The notes under the pieces are model-generated. The model saw only the letters and a program-made list of their open reading frames with translations, had not been told where the DNA came from and made no database searches. A stretch of DNA of 64,000 nucleotides from an uncultured Acidobacteriota bacterium. Lineage in GTDB: Bacteria > Acidobacteriota > Thermoanaerobaculia > UBA5066. Where the stretch lies: assembly GCA_963776915.1 (NCBI GenBank), contig CAVZPE010000025.1, positions 6,701 through 70,700 of the forward strand. The letters run 5' to 3'. Positions 33,729-46,429 of this stretch are shown in pieces. Each line of letters begins with the position of its first letter. Position 1 is the stretch's first letter. A program made the translations under genes and the position numbers.

Positions 33729-34790
33729 TCACTTGTACGACGTGCCCACCGGTCCCCGGACGTAGACGAGTCCGTAGTACTCGAGGTTCGTGGCCGGCTG
33801 GACGGAGAAGTTCACGAGGATGTCGAACGTCGACGCCCCCGCCGAGATCCCGTGGAGGCTCGCGTTGTAGCCGTTGGCGAACGCGTTGAAGGTGTATCCG
33901 CCCTTGACGAAGTCCCAGGAGTCGACGACCCAGCCGTTCTTGAGGTTCACCTTGAACTTGTCCTGGCCCGAGTCGTTCGAGATGTCGAACGTGTTCGCGT
34001 GGGTGCCCTCGAACGTGGAGTCGGCGAGCGGGTCGCAGTTGTCGATGTCCGACCCGTTGGAGCACACGACGATCACGTCGTGGCTCCCGAGCACCTTCAT
34101 GTCGGTCACGGGCTCGAACGGCACGGGCAGCGTGTTCGTGGCCCTGTTGTCCGCGCGCTTCAGCGCGACGCGCGCCGTCTGGCGGACCACGCCGGACACG
34201 CCCGCGGGTACGGTCAGGACCGCGAGGTTGTTCTTCCAGATCTCGACGGTGAGGCTCAGCCCGCCGCCCGGGAACTGGCCCTCGAGGCGGGCCGTGCCCT
34301 GCTGGGAGCCGAGGGCCTGACCCGCGACCATGAAGCTGCCGCCCGGCATGACGTACGCCGCCCCGACGCTCGTGAGCTTCGGATCCTGCGGGGGCGCCGG
34401 CGTGGGCTTCGCGGCTCCCGGCGACGGCATGGCGGCGGCGATCCGGCCCGCCTCGGCGAGCGCCGAGGCCTTGAGGCCGCGCGCCTTCTCGTTCTGCACG
34501 GTCGCGTTCCGCGCCTTCATCTGGTCGAACGCGGTGAGCTTCCCGCGGACCTGCGAGAGCAGGTCCGCCTTCACCCGGGCGCGGCCCTTCTCGAGCTCGA
34601 CCTTCAGCTGGGCCCGCGTCAAGACCTTGCCGTTGATCTCGACCTTCTCGTTGTCGGGCAGGGCCTTGATCTGCTCCTTCGAGAGCCCCGTGAGCTTCCT
34701 CGGGGCGACGTCCGCCGCCGGCGCCGGCGTGGCGGCGGCGGCGAGCGCGATGGCGGCGAGGATCGAGGGTCGTGCGGTTCGGACGTTCAT
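33729..34790 (-). CDS. Secreted hypothetical protein with coiled-coil N-part and Ig/IPT-like domain
   Basis: GGAGG RBS; signal peptide MNVRTARPSILAAIALAAAATPAPAA. Confidence 0.7.
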   Translation of the reverse strand: MNVRTARPSILAAIALAAAATPAPAADVAPRKLTGLSKEQIKALPDNEKVEINGKVLTRAQLKVELEKGRARVKADLLSQVRGKLTAFDQMKARNATVQNEKARGLKASALAEAGRIAAAMPSPGAAKPTPAPPQDPKLTSVGAAYVMPGGSFMVAGQALGSQQGTARLEGQFPGGGLSLTVEIWKNNLAVLTVPAGVSGVVRQTARVALKRADNRATNTLPVPFEPVTDMKVLGSHDVIVVCSNGSDIDNCDPLADSTFEGTHANTFDISNDSGQDKFKVNLKNGWVVDSWDFVKGGYTFNAFANGYNASLHGISAGASTFDILVNFSVQPATNLEYYGLVYVRGPVGTSYK

Positions 34791-34839
34791 GGTGGCCTCC
34801 CTGTCTCCTTCTCGACGCGGGAGGCCGGAAGGGGACAGG

Positions 34840-35706
34840 TCAGCCCGCCCAGGGCAGCGTGAACCGGGCGAGGGGCGCGCAGTCGCTCGCTCCCTTCTCG
34901 AGCCCGACGACCTCGACGTCGAGCCCGGAAGGGCCGGGGCTGCACAGCAGGAAATGGAAGTGACGCAGTTCCGGGCCCTCGAAGAGATCGTCGGCATGGC
35001 GGCGGGCTGCGCCCCGGGCGAGCTTCACGCGCGGTCCTCCGCCGCCGCCCGCGACGAGGAACGTCTTCCCGCCACGGACGAAGTGCTCGTAGCTGTGGAC
35101 GTGTCCGGCGACCATCGCGAGCGTCTTTCGCGCCGCGGCGAAGGACGGCACGAACGCCCGCCGCACGTGGAGCTCGTCTCCCGTGACGGTGCTGTTCGTG
35201 AACGGCGGATGGTGGACGAAGACGACGACGCCGCGGACGGCGGGGTCCGCGTCGAATCGCGCAAGCGTCTCGCCGAGCCACGCCTCCTGCTCCCTCCAGG
35301 CCTCTCTTCCGAGCTCACGCTCGTTGGAATCGAGGAACAGCAGCCCGAGAGACCCATAGGTGTCGGCGTGCCAGCGCCGTCCGGCGAGCGTCGGGAACCT
35401 TTCGAAGAAATTCCGCAAGGCGATCCGGGAGCTGAGCCAGTACTCGTGGTTGCCCAGGAGCGGGAAGATCGGGATCCCGGCTTCGCGCAGCGGTGCCGTC
35501 AGCGCGTCGAAGAACTCCCAGTCCCGGCGCGACGACCCCTGGAAGACGAGATCGCCGAGGGCCACGACGAAGTCCGGGCTCCGCGCCGCGATCTCCGCGA
35601 CGAGGCGACGGCGCTCCTCGGGATTCGACTCCCTCCAGAACTCCGCGCGGGAGGTGCGCTGGAGATCGCCGACGACCGCGAATCGGCCGCTCCGGACCTC
35701 GATCAC
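34840..35706 (-). CDS. Metallophosphoesterase
   Basis: GDLQ, LGDLV, GNHE, HHPP, GHVHSYE. Confidence 0.88.
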   Translation of the reverse strand: MIEVRSGRFAVVGDLQRTSRAEFWRESNPEERRRLVAEIAARSPDFVVALGDLVFQGSSRRDWEFFDALTAPLREAGIPIFPLLGNHEYWLSSRIALRNFFERFPTLAGRRWHADTYGSLGLLFLDSNERELGREAWREQEAWLGETLARFDADPAVRGVVVFVHHPPFTNSTVTGDELHVRRAFVPSFAAARKTLAMVAGHVHSYEHFVRGGKTFLVAGGGGGPRVKLARGAARRHADDLFEGPELRHFHFLLCSPGPSGLDVEVVGLEKGASDCAPLARFTLPWAG

Positions 35707-36681
35707 GCGGGGCCCACGATCCCCCGGAGGAGCGCGGGGTCGTCCGTGATGATCCCGTCCACACCGAGGGCCACGAGGTTGCGCAGCCGGTCCTCCTCGT
35801 TGAGCGTCCAGGCCACGACGCTCGCGACGCGCCCGCGCCGTCGCGCGCGCACGACGTGGCCGGCCTCGAACCGGAAGTCTCCCCACGTGCGCCGGCCGAG
35901 GCCCATCGAGACGTGCGCGAGGCCGTAACGGCGGGCGTACCGGACGACGCCGGGCAGCTCGAAGTCGCCCGTGATCGCGCACCGTGTCGGGCAACGGCTC
36001 GCGCCCCGCCTCGGCGAGGAGCGCCGACACGACCTCCCGCTGCGTGTTGAGGACGTGGAACGTGAGGTCCGGACGATGGTCCGGCCGCTGCGCGCGCTCC
36101 GCCACGAGGCGGAGCAGCCGGACGGCCTCCGGCGCGCCGTCGGCAGCCATCTTCGTGTCGAGGACGACGTGCCTGAGGCGGGGCTCGCGCGGCGCCCAGT
36201 CGAGGAGGTCCTCCAGCAGAGCCGGCGCCACCTCGGGCCTGCGCGCGGCGCCGAGCGGGTTCGCGAGGCCCTCCTTCGCGAGCACGTAGCCGTAGTGCTC
36301 GAAAAAGAGCGCTTTGTCGCACTCGCGGACCGGCCGTCTCAGGTCCGAGCCGAGGATCGGCAGGGCCGGAAGGTAGAGGAAATCCCCCTCGGCGCCGACC
36401 TGGCGCACGAGCGCGACGCTTCCGGAAGGCTCGGCGTCGTGCCAGAGGACGAAACAGCCGTCGCGCGTGACGCAGACGTCCGTTTCGATCCCGTCCGCCC
36501 CCAGGTCGAGCGCCTTCCGGAAGGACGCGAGCGTGTTCTCCGGGGCGTGCCGCGCCGCGCCCCGGTGTCCGATCACCGACGCGGTCCGCGCCGGGGGGCC
36601 CGCGGGAGCCGACCGTCGGAACAGTCCCGCGAGCGATCCCAGGAGCCGCCGCGGCCAGGAGGCGCTGCCGAGGTACGTCAT
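35703..36681 (-). CDS. Glycerophosphodiester phosphodiesterase (frameshift near 35980)
   Basis: IGHRGA, PENTL, ETDV..TRDG...HD, AWTLN, GVDGIITD. Confidence 0.88.
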
Positions 36682-36714
36682 TCCGTGCGGCGCAAGTCTA
36701 GCGGCGCGGCTCCG

Positions 36715-38286
36715 TCAGGCGCGCGCGCGGACCTCCGTCGCGAGCGCGGCGCCGACGGCTGCAGCTCCCGCGAGGAGGAACGCCGCCGCCCTCGCGGCCG
36801 ACGGCTCCGCGAAGAGGCCCGTGAAGTCCGCGATCGGGAGGCGGTTCACCGCGAAGTACCAGACCGCCGTGTAGACGCCGAGGAAGAGCTTCCCCCCTCC
36901 GGTCAGCGACCCGAACCCCGCGGCGAGGCCCGCCGTGAAGAGGAGGCCGACCAGGAAGGCGATCCCGGCGACGGGGGCTTCGACCGCCGCACGGACGGCG
37001 CACGGCAGGCCGAACGCGAGGACGAGGACGAGGATCGCGCCGGTCTTCCAGAGGACCGGCGAGGCCGGCACGCCCGGCTGGGCGAACACGAGCCCGCGCG
37101 TCCCGGCGAGGCTCTCCCGCGCCGCGACTTCCGCGATCGCGAGGCCGAGGAGGAGGAGCATTCCCGCAGCGCCGAACGGGAACGCCGCCGCCGGCAGGAA
37201 CGGCGCCACGAGCGCCGCGGCGAGGAGCGGCCATTTCAGGAGCGAGCCCGCGTCCCACGCGAGGCGTGCCTCGGCGAGGACGGAGCGCAGCGCGGACGGC
37301 ACGAGGGCGACGGGCTCCCCGAGCGCGGCCGACGCGGCCGGCGCGGCGGCGTCTGCAATCGCCACGAGCGCGCGCTCCGGCTTCGTGCCGCCTGACCGCC
37401 GCCGCCCCCGCCCCGGGTCGAACCGGTCGAAGAAGAGCAGCGAAGCGGCGAGCGGGAGCAGCCCGGCGAGAAGGGAGACACCCCGCTGCCGGACGGCGTC
37501 GGGCGTCACGGTCGCGCCGGGCCAGTCGACGCGCGTGACGGGCCGGCTGTGGAAGATGAGTCCCGACGAGATTCCCTTCGCCCCGGGCAGGGACTGCTCG
37601 ACCAGCCACTGAAGGGTCGCCATCCCGAACGGGTCGAACCGCGGCAGGTGCTCGAGGCGGCCGTCCGCGGCCCGCGGCGTGAACCCGCTCGCGAGCGCGG
37701 CGAACGCGAAGAACCACAGCACGAGGCCCGCGCGTCCGCGCAGGCCGGGCGTCACGTCGAAGAACACGGCGAGGGCCGCCGTGAAGGCCACTCCGGGGAC
37801 GATGAAGAGCCCCCACGACGAGAGAAAGTCGGCGGGGTGCAGGGAGCCGCTTCCCCATCGGGCGAAGGCGACCACTCCCGCCGCCACGGCCAGGAGCGAC
37901 ATCACGGCGAGATAGGTGGCGTGCGCCGCGAATTTCCCCGCGAGATAGGCGGGGCTCGAGAGCGGCGTCGCGGCGAGGATCGCGCCGACGCCGCGCTCGC
38001 GGTCCCGGCGGATCGATCCCGTCACGAGGTAGAAACCCGCGATCGAGAGAATCCCGCCGACGATCGCCGACGCCCACGACAGGTAACGCGAGGAGTACAC
38101 GCTCGAGAAGACCGTGCCGTCCGCGCCCCGCCAGGACAGCGAGGCCGCCCGGCCCGACGGGTCGGGGATCCAGAGCACCGCGCCCGCCCCGAGCAGCAGG
38201 GCCGCGAAGAGGGTCGCGGGAGAGCGCAGGCGCATGCGCGTCTCGACCGCGGCCTGTGCCGCGACCGCCCCGAGAAACCCGCTCAC
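36715..38286 (-). CDS. ABC-2-type permease
   Basis: Multi-TM; RDRERGVGAILAATPLS..YLAGK; overlaps the ATPase stop. Confidence 0.75.
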   Translation of the reverse strand: MSGFLGAVAAQAAVETRMRLRSPATLFAALLLGAGAVLWIPDPSGRAASLSWRGADGTVFSSVYSSRYLSWASAIVGGILSIAGFYLVTGSIRRDRERGVGAILAATPLSSPAYLAGKFAAHATYLAVMSLLAVAAGVVAFARWGSGSLHPADFLSSWGLFIVPGVAFTAALAVFFDVTPGLRGRAGLVLWFFAFAALASGFTPRAADGRLEHLPRFDPFGMATLQWLVEQSLPGAKGISSGLIFHSRPVTRVDWPGATVTPDAVRQRGVSLLAGLLPLAASLLFFDRFDPGRGRRRSGGTKPERALVAIADAAAPAASAALGEPVALVPSALRSVLAEARLAWDAGSLLKWPLLAAALVAPFLPAAAFPFGAAGMLLLLGLAIAEVAARESLAGTRGLVFAQPGVPASPVLWKTGAILVLVLAFGLPCAVRAAVEAPVAGIAFLVGLLFTAGLAAGFGSLTGGGKLFLGVYTAVWYFAVNRLPIADFTGLFAEPSAARAAAFLLAGAAAVGAALATEVRARA

Positions 38287-39160
38287 GCGGCCCGCGCCCC
38301 TTCGAGCGTCGAGAACAGGTAGGCGTCCTCGAGCGTCGGCTCGGCGGGCCGCGCGCCCTCGACGTCCGCGTGCCGTCCGACGTACCGCACGTGCACGCCG
38401 TCGGTGCGGCGGACCATTCCGGAGACGGGCACCGCCCTCTGGACGGACGCGACGGCGCCGGCCGGGACGACCGCGGTGAAGACCCGGCCCGCCGCCCGCG
38501 CGAGGAGCTCGTCGGGCGTCGCGACCCCGCGCGAGGCGTCCGCCGGAGAGCATCGCGATCCTCGACGCGACGGCCTCGAGGTCGGACACGATGTGCGTCG
38601 AGAGGATCACGACGCGCCCGTGCGCGATCTCCGCGAGGAGGTTGCGGAAGCGGACGCGCTCCTCCGGGTCGAGGCCGACCGTGGGCTCGTCGACGATGAC
38701 GAGCTTCGGGTCGCCGAGGAGCGCCTGCGCGATCCCGACGCGCTGGCGCATGCCGCCCGAGAAGCCGCCGAGGCGCCGGTCCGCGGCGCCGTGGAGGTTC
38801 ACGAGCGTCAGGAGGTCGCCGACGCGGTTCTTCAGGGCGGCGCCCGACAGCCCCTTGAGGCGCCCGAGGTAGTGGAGGAACTCGCGCGCCGTGAGCCGCT
38901 CGTAGACGCCGAAGTCCTGGGGCAGGTAGCCGAGAACCCTGCCGGACGGCGAAGGCGTCCCGGACGGCGTCCCTCCCCTGCCAGCGGAACGTCCCGGCCG
39001 TGGGCTTCGTGACCGTCGCGAGGATCGACAGGAGCGTCGTCTTCCCCGCGCCGTTCGGGCCGAGGAGTCCGAGGACGCCCTCGTCCACGTCGAACGAGAC
39101 GTCCGCGAGCGCGACCGTGCCGGAGCGGTATGTCTTCGAGAGGCCGCGGACCTCGAGCAT
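38283..39160 (-). CDS. ABC transporter ATP-binding protein (frameshifted)
   Basis: GPNGAGKTT, FSGGMRQR, IVDEPT, STH. Confidence 0.9.
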
Positions 39161-39215
39161 CGGCTCCCCTTTCCGCGGGAGGAACGCACGGGGCCGCGAA
39201 AGGTTCCGGAGGCTC

Positions 39216-40823
39216 CTAGGCGGCGCGCTCGGCGGCGCCCCGGGCCGGCACGAAGGTCAGCGCGCGCTCGGCCAGCGCCGTGATCGTGAGCGAGGGATTC
39301 ACGCCGGGGTTCGCCGAGATCGCCGAGCCGTCGACGACCCAGAGCCCGTCGTAGCCGAAGACGCGGTTCTGCGCGTCGACGACGCCGCCCGCCGCGGTCG
39401 CGCCCATGCAGCAGCCGCCGAGGATGTGCGCCGTCGTCGGGATCCCGAGCAGGGTCTCCGTCAGGAGGCTCTGCGTGAACCCGCCGAGCTTCTCCTCGAC
39501 GCGGCGGGCGAGGTCCGTCGCCTCGGGCAGCCACGCCTTCGCGGGCGCGCCCGTGCCGGGCGAGGTCGCGAGGGCGTGCCGGAACCCGTTGCGCAGGCCG
39601 CGCCGGAGCGTCATGCGCAGCGTGCCGTCCACCGTGCGCATGTAGAGGAGGATCATCGTGTGCTTCGCCCAGTCCGGCGTGAGCCAGGCCCTGAGCGTCT
39701 TGCCGGGCTGGCGGACGAGGAGGCCGAGCGCGTTCGGGAGGCGCTGGACCACGGTGTCGCCCGGGGCGTGCGGCATCGCGAGGAGGCGGAAGAACCCCGA
39801 GCCCGCCGGGTAGCGGACGGGCTCGAGGTGCGAGTGCTCGTCCGTCTCGAGGATCGAGCCGATCGCGATGCCCTTCGAGAGGTCCTGGTCCCTGTCGCTC
39901 ACGACGCCCATGAGGACCTCGGAGTTCGTCCGCACGAAGTCGCCGAGCCGGTCCGACAGCTTCGGCAGGCCGTCGGGGCTCTCCTTCAGCCGCAGGAGGA
40001 GCTCGACCGTCCCGATGACGCCGCCCGCGAAGACGACGTTCCGCGCCGTCATCGTCGTGTTCTTCCTCAGGAACGGGAACGGCTCGCGGCCGCGGCGGAC
40101 CGTCAGCTCGTAGCCGCCGCCCTCGAGCGGCTTCACCCACGTGACCTCGGAGTCGGACTCGATCCTGACGCCCAGCTTCTCGGCGAACCAGAGGTAGTTC
40201 TTGTCGAGCGTGTTCTTCGCGCCGTGGCGGCACCCGATCATGCAGCCGCCGCAGGACGTGCAGCCCGCCCGCGCCGGCCCCTCGCCGCCGAAGTACGGGT
40301 CGGGCACGGTCACGCCCGGCTCGCCGAAGAAGACGGCCACCTCGGTGGGCTGCCACTTGTCGACGAGCCCGAGGTCGCGCCCGACGTCGCGCAGGATCTC
40401 GTCCGGCGGCGACGTGAACGGTACGCGCGCCGTGCCGAGCATCCGCTTCGCGGTCGCGTAGTGGGGCCCGAGCTCCTTCTTCCAGTCCGCGAGGGACGCC
40501 CAGGTGGGCGACGTGAAGAAGGAATCCCCCGGGACCGGCAGCGTGTTCGCGTACACGAGGGAGCCCCCGCCCACCCCGACGCCCGAGAGGGCCGTGACGT
40601 GCCTGAGGAACGTCATCTTGAAGAGGCCGCGGAACCCGAGGCCGGGAAGCCACAGCCACTTCGGGAGGTGCCAGTTGCTCTTCGGAAAGTCCTCGGCGGA
40701 GAAGCGCGTGCCCTTCTCGAGGACGACGACCCGCCAGCCCTTCTCGGCGAGGCGCAGCGCCGAGACGCTCCCGCCGAAGCCGGAGCCGACGACCGCGAAG
40801 TCCGTGTCGAAATCGCGCGCCAC
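39216..40823 (-). CDS. GMC oxidoreductase, cholesterol-oxidase (ChoD)-like
   Basis: GSGFGGSV, GVGGGSLVYAN, C..CG.C..GC, TAHILGG, NPSLTI. Confidence 0.88.
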   Translation of the reverse strand: MARDFDTDFAVVGSGFGGSVSALRLAEKGWRVVVLEKGTRFSAEDFPKSNWHLPKWLWLPGLGFRGLFKMTFLRHVTALSGVGVGGGSLVYANTLPVPGDSFFTSPTWASLADWKKELGPHYATAKRMLGTARVPFTSPPDEILRDVGRDLGLVDKWQPTEVAVFFGEPGVTVPDPYFGGEGPARAGCTSCGGCMIGCRHGAKNTLDKNYLWFAEKLGVRIESDSEVTWVKPLEGGGYELTVRRGREPFPFLRKNTTMTARNVVFAGGVIGTVELLLRLKESPDGLPKLSDRLGDFVRTNSEVLMGVVSDRDQDLSKGIAIGSILETDEHSHLEPVRYPAGSGFFRLLAMPHAPGDTVVQRLPNALGLLVRQPGKTLRAWLTPDWAKHTMILLYMRTVDGTLRMTLRRGLRNGFRHALATSPGTGAPAKAWLPEATDLARRVEEKLGGFTQSLLTETLLGIPTTAHILGGCCMGATAAGGVVDAQNRVFGYDGLWVVDGSAISANPGVNPSLTITALAERALTFVPARGAAERAA

Positions 40824-40832
40824 GCCGCGAGT

Positions 40833-41552
40833 CTAGCGCCGGGGCGAGAAGCTGAGATCCGCTCTCTCCTCCGGGTGGACGGCGCAGCGCAGGGAGACGC
40901 CGCCGGAGATTTCTTCGAATGAAAGAAGGCGGGCGGCGCCGGAGCCGAGGACGGGGACGTTTCGCAGGATGCTGCCGTCTCCAGAGAGCACCTCGACCGC
41001 GTGCAAGTGCCCATCCGTCGAACGAAGCGCGACGTCGCCTCCCGTCGCAGGGGAAATTACCTTCGAAGAAAATCTTCCGTCTCCGACCGTCACGTCCAGC
41101 GCCGCCGCCAGCCGCGCGGCCTCGGCCGACCCGGAACCGGCCGCACCTCGACGCGCGCCGCCGACTCCCCCGCCCTCTTCACCATTCGAAGAAATTCTCT
41201 TCTTCCCCCGCAACACGTCCTCGAGCAGCCCGCCGACGCGCGCCGCCGGCGGCGGCGTCCCGAACGACCACAACGTCACGAGGACGAACGCCGAGATCCC
41301 GAACTTCACGATGGAAAGGAGGAGGGACTCGACGAGGACGGGCACGAGGCGCGGCGTCCCGCGCCGGAAGAACGCGGCGAAGACGCCGGGGGGGATCACG
41401 GCGTAGCTCCACAGGATCGCGGCGTTCGGCTCCCAGCGATGCCGCCAGACCGGACCGGCGGCGAAGGCGAAGACGAGGAGCGCGGCGGCGAGGACGGCGG
41501 CGCGCTCGGGCACCGTCAGGGCGCGGACGCGCGGGTGCAGGACGAGCGACAC
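40833..41552 (-). CDS. Membrane protein with C-terminal cupredoxin-like domain
   Basis: Three TM segments; DGHLHAV...LRCAVHPEE. Confidence 0.6.
   Translation of the reverse strand: MSLVLHPRVRALTVPERAAVLAAALLVFAFAAGPVWRHRWEPNAAILWSYAVIPPGVFAAFFRRGTPRLVPVLVESLLLSIVKFGISAFVLVTLWSFGTPPPAARVGGLLEDVLRGKKRISSNGEEGGGVGGARRGAAGSGSAEAARLAAALDVTVGDGRFSSKVISPATGGDVALRSTDGHLHAVEVLSGDGSILRNVPVLGSGAARLLSFEEISGGVSLRCAVHPEERADLSFSPRR
40905..41202. repeat. Dispersed motif, three arms (locus 8, inside CDS)
   Basis: + GGAGATTTCTTCGAATGAAAGAAGG (40905); - TTACCTTCGAAGAAAATCTTCC (41057); - CCCTCTTCACCATTCGAAGAAATTCTCTTC (41173). Confidence 0.8.
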
Positions 41553-41606
41553 GCGCGGATTCTCGCAGCCTCGCGTGCTAGTCTCGCGATCGAGACCGAG
41601 GCTCAC

Positions 41607-42056
41607 ATGAGGAAGCTGCTCATCTTCGCGGCCGCCGTCGTCTTCGCCGTCTGGTATTTCCGGCACAGGCCTGCCGAGACCGTCACGACGTCCGACTCGA
41701 GCCCGGCGACGTCCGTCGGCCCCGGCTGCATCATGCAGGCCGAGAACGCGAACCGGCTGCTCGCGGACGCGTCGCGCCTCCTCCTGAACATGCCCGTGGA
41801 CGCGGGAGCGTGGAGCGACGCCGAGAGCCGGGCGAACCAGGCGATCGCCCGCGCCGAGTCCGCCTGCTCCGGGGGCGACACGGACGCCGAGCGCGCCGCC
41901 CTCGCGGACGCGAACGAGGCGCTCTCCCTCATCCGCACCTCGCTGTCGGAGGCCGCGACCGCGGCCCAGGGGCAGGGCGGCTTCCAGGGCGCGCTGCGCC
42001 AGGAGCAGATCGACTCGCGCCTCTCGTCGGCGAAGGCGAAGCTCGGCCTCCGGTAG
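41607..42056 (+). CDS. Hypothetical membrane-anchored helical protein
   Basis: GAGG RBS; MRKLLIFAAAVVFAVWYF anchor. Confidence 0.7.
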   Translation: MRKLLIFAAAVVFAVWYFRHRPAETVTTSDSSPATSVGPGCIMQAENANRLLADASRLLLNMPVDAGAWSDAESRANQAIARAESACSGGDTDAERAALADANEALSLIRTSLSEAATAAQGQGGFQGALRQEQIDSRLSSAKAKLGLR

Positions 42057-42135
42057 GCCGCGCCCCGACGGGGATCCCGAGAAAGAACTAGCTCGCCGGG
42101 ACCGGACGGACCTAGATTTCGTTCGGAGATGCCGC

Positions 42136-44835
<2,700 letters not shown>

Positions 44836-44844
44836 CGGCGGCCT

Positions 44845-46000
44845 CTACTCCACGTACTTGTAGCCGGTCCCCGTGTCGAAGACGACGATGCGCTCGCCGG
44901 CGTCGACCTTCCCCTGCGCGACGAGCTTCTTGACCGCCTCCCAGGCGGCGCCGCCCTCGGGCGCCGCGAAGAGGCCCTCGTGCGAGGCGAGCTCGACGAC
45001 GCCGCGGCGCATCTCGTCGTCCGTCACCGTCACCGCCTCGCCCTTCGAGGCGCGGAGGATCTTCAGGATCAGGTAGTCGGCGTAGGCCTTCGGGACGCGC
45101 AGTCCGGACGCGTACGTGTGCGCGTTCTCGAACCTCGCGGAGACGTCCTTCCCTTCCGCGAGCGCCTTCGGGATCGGCGCGCAGCCCTCCGCCTGGACGG
45201 AAACCATGCGGGGACGTCGCGGACCCGACCCAGCCGAGCTTCTCCATCTCGTCGAACGCCTTCCACATCCCGATGAGGCCCGTGCCGCCGCCGGTCGGGT
45301 AGACGACGACGTCGGGCAGCGTCCAGCCCAGCTGCTCGGCGATCTCGTAGCCCATCGTCTTCTTGCCCTCGACGCGGTACGGCTCCTTCAGCGTCGAGAC
45401 GTCGAACCAGCCCTCGGCGTCCTTGCGCTCGGCGACGATCTTTCCGCACGCGTCGATCAGGCCGTCCACGAGGCCGACCTTCGCGCCGTACGCCTCGCAC
45501 TCGATGCGGAAGACCTTCGGCGTGTCCTTCGGCATGAAGACGTGGCATTCGAGCCCCGCCTTCGCGGCGTACGCGGCCGCGGCGCCGCCCGCGTTACCCG
45601 CGGTCGGGAGCGCGATCTTCCTCGCCCCGAGCGCCTTCGCCATCGTGACGGCCGCCCCGAGGCCGCGCGCCTTGAAGGAGCCCGTCGGGTTGCCGGCCTC
45701 CTCCTTGACGTAGAGGTTCGGCATCCCGTGCGCGGCGCCGAGGCGGTCCGCGCGGAGGAGCGGCGTCCCGCCCTCGCCGAGCGTGACGATCTCGGCCGCG
45801 TTGCGCGCGGGCATCACCTCGTGCCAGCGCCACATCCCGGGGGACCGTCCTTCCCCGCGACGCGGGAAGGGCTTCAGGTCGTACGCCGCGTAAAGCGAGC
45901 CCGCGCAGCCGGGTTTCGTGCAGACGTTCAGCAGGGGCCCGACGTCGTACGTCGCGTCGCACTTCGTGCAGGCGAGGTGGGTGAGGAGGGAGTAGGCCAC
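44845..46000 (-). CDS. thrC: Threonine synthase (fold II PLP enzyme); frameshift near 45220
   Basis: TLGEGGTPL, NPTGSFKARG, TAGNAG, PTGGGTG. Confidence 0.85.
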
Positions 46001-46011
46001 GACGTGTCGCG

Positions 46012-46392
46012 CTATTCCGCGACGATCCCGATCGCCTTGCCCGTCGCGCAGTCGATCCGCAGGAGCTGCTGCGAGGTCAGGCCGTACGTGTGCTTGCCGC
46101 GGATTCCGCCCTCGGGCCAGTAGTCGCCCTTGCCGCCGGCGGAGCGCCGGAGAGTGAGCTCGGTCCGGTCTCTCGGGTCGATCATCGGATTGCGGCAGAC
46201 CCCGTCCGCCTTCGGCTCCTCCGTCTTGCCGATTCCCGAGCGCGCGACCACGAAGTGGTCCGGGAGGTCGAGTGGCACGCCCACGATCGGCCCGGACATG
46301 TCGGTCCGGGAGGAAGAGGACGCGCAGCCCGCGAGCGCGAAGACGGCGGCGACGGCGCCGCACGCGAGGAAACCCGAGATCCGTGTGTGCAT
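46012..46392 (-). CDS. Small lipoprotein
   Basis: FALAG|C lipobox; CRNPMIDPRD...LLRIDC. Confidence 0.75.
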   Translation of the reverse strand: MHTRISGFLACGAVAAVFALAGCASSSSRTDMSGPIVGVPLDLPDHFVVARSGIGKTEEPKADGVCRNPMIDPRDRTELTLRRSAGGKGDYWPEGGIRGKHTYGLTSQQLLRIDCATGKAIGIVAE

Positions 46393-46429
46393 GGGGAAAC
46401 GTTAGCAGAGACGGGGCGACGGCGGGGCC

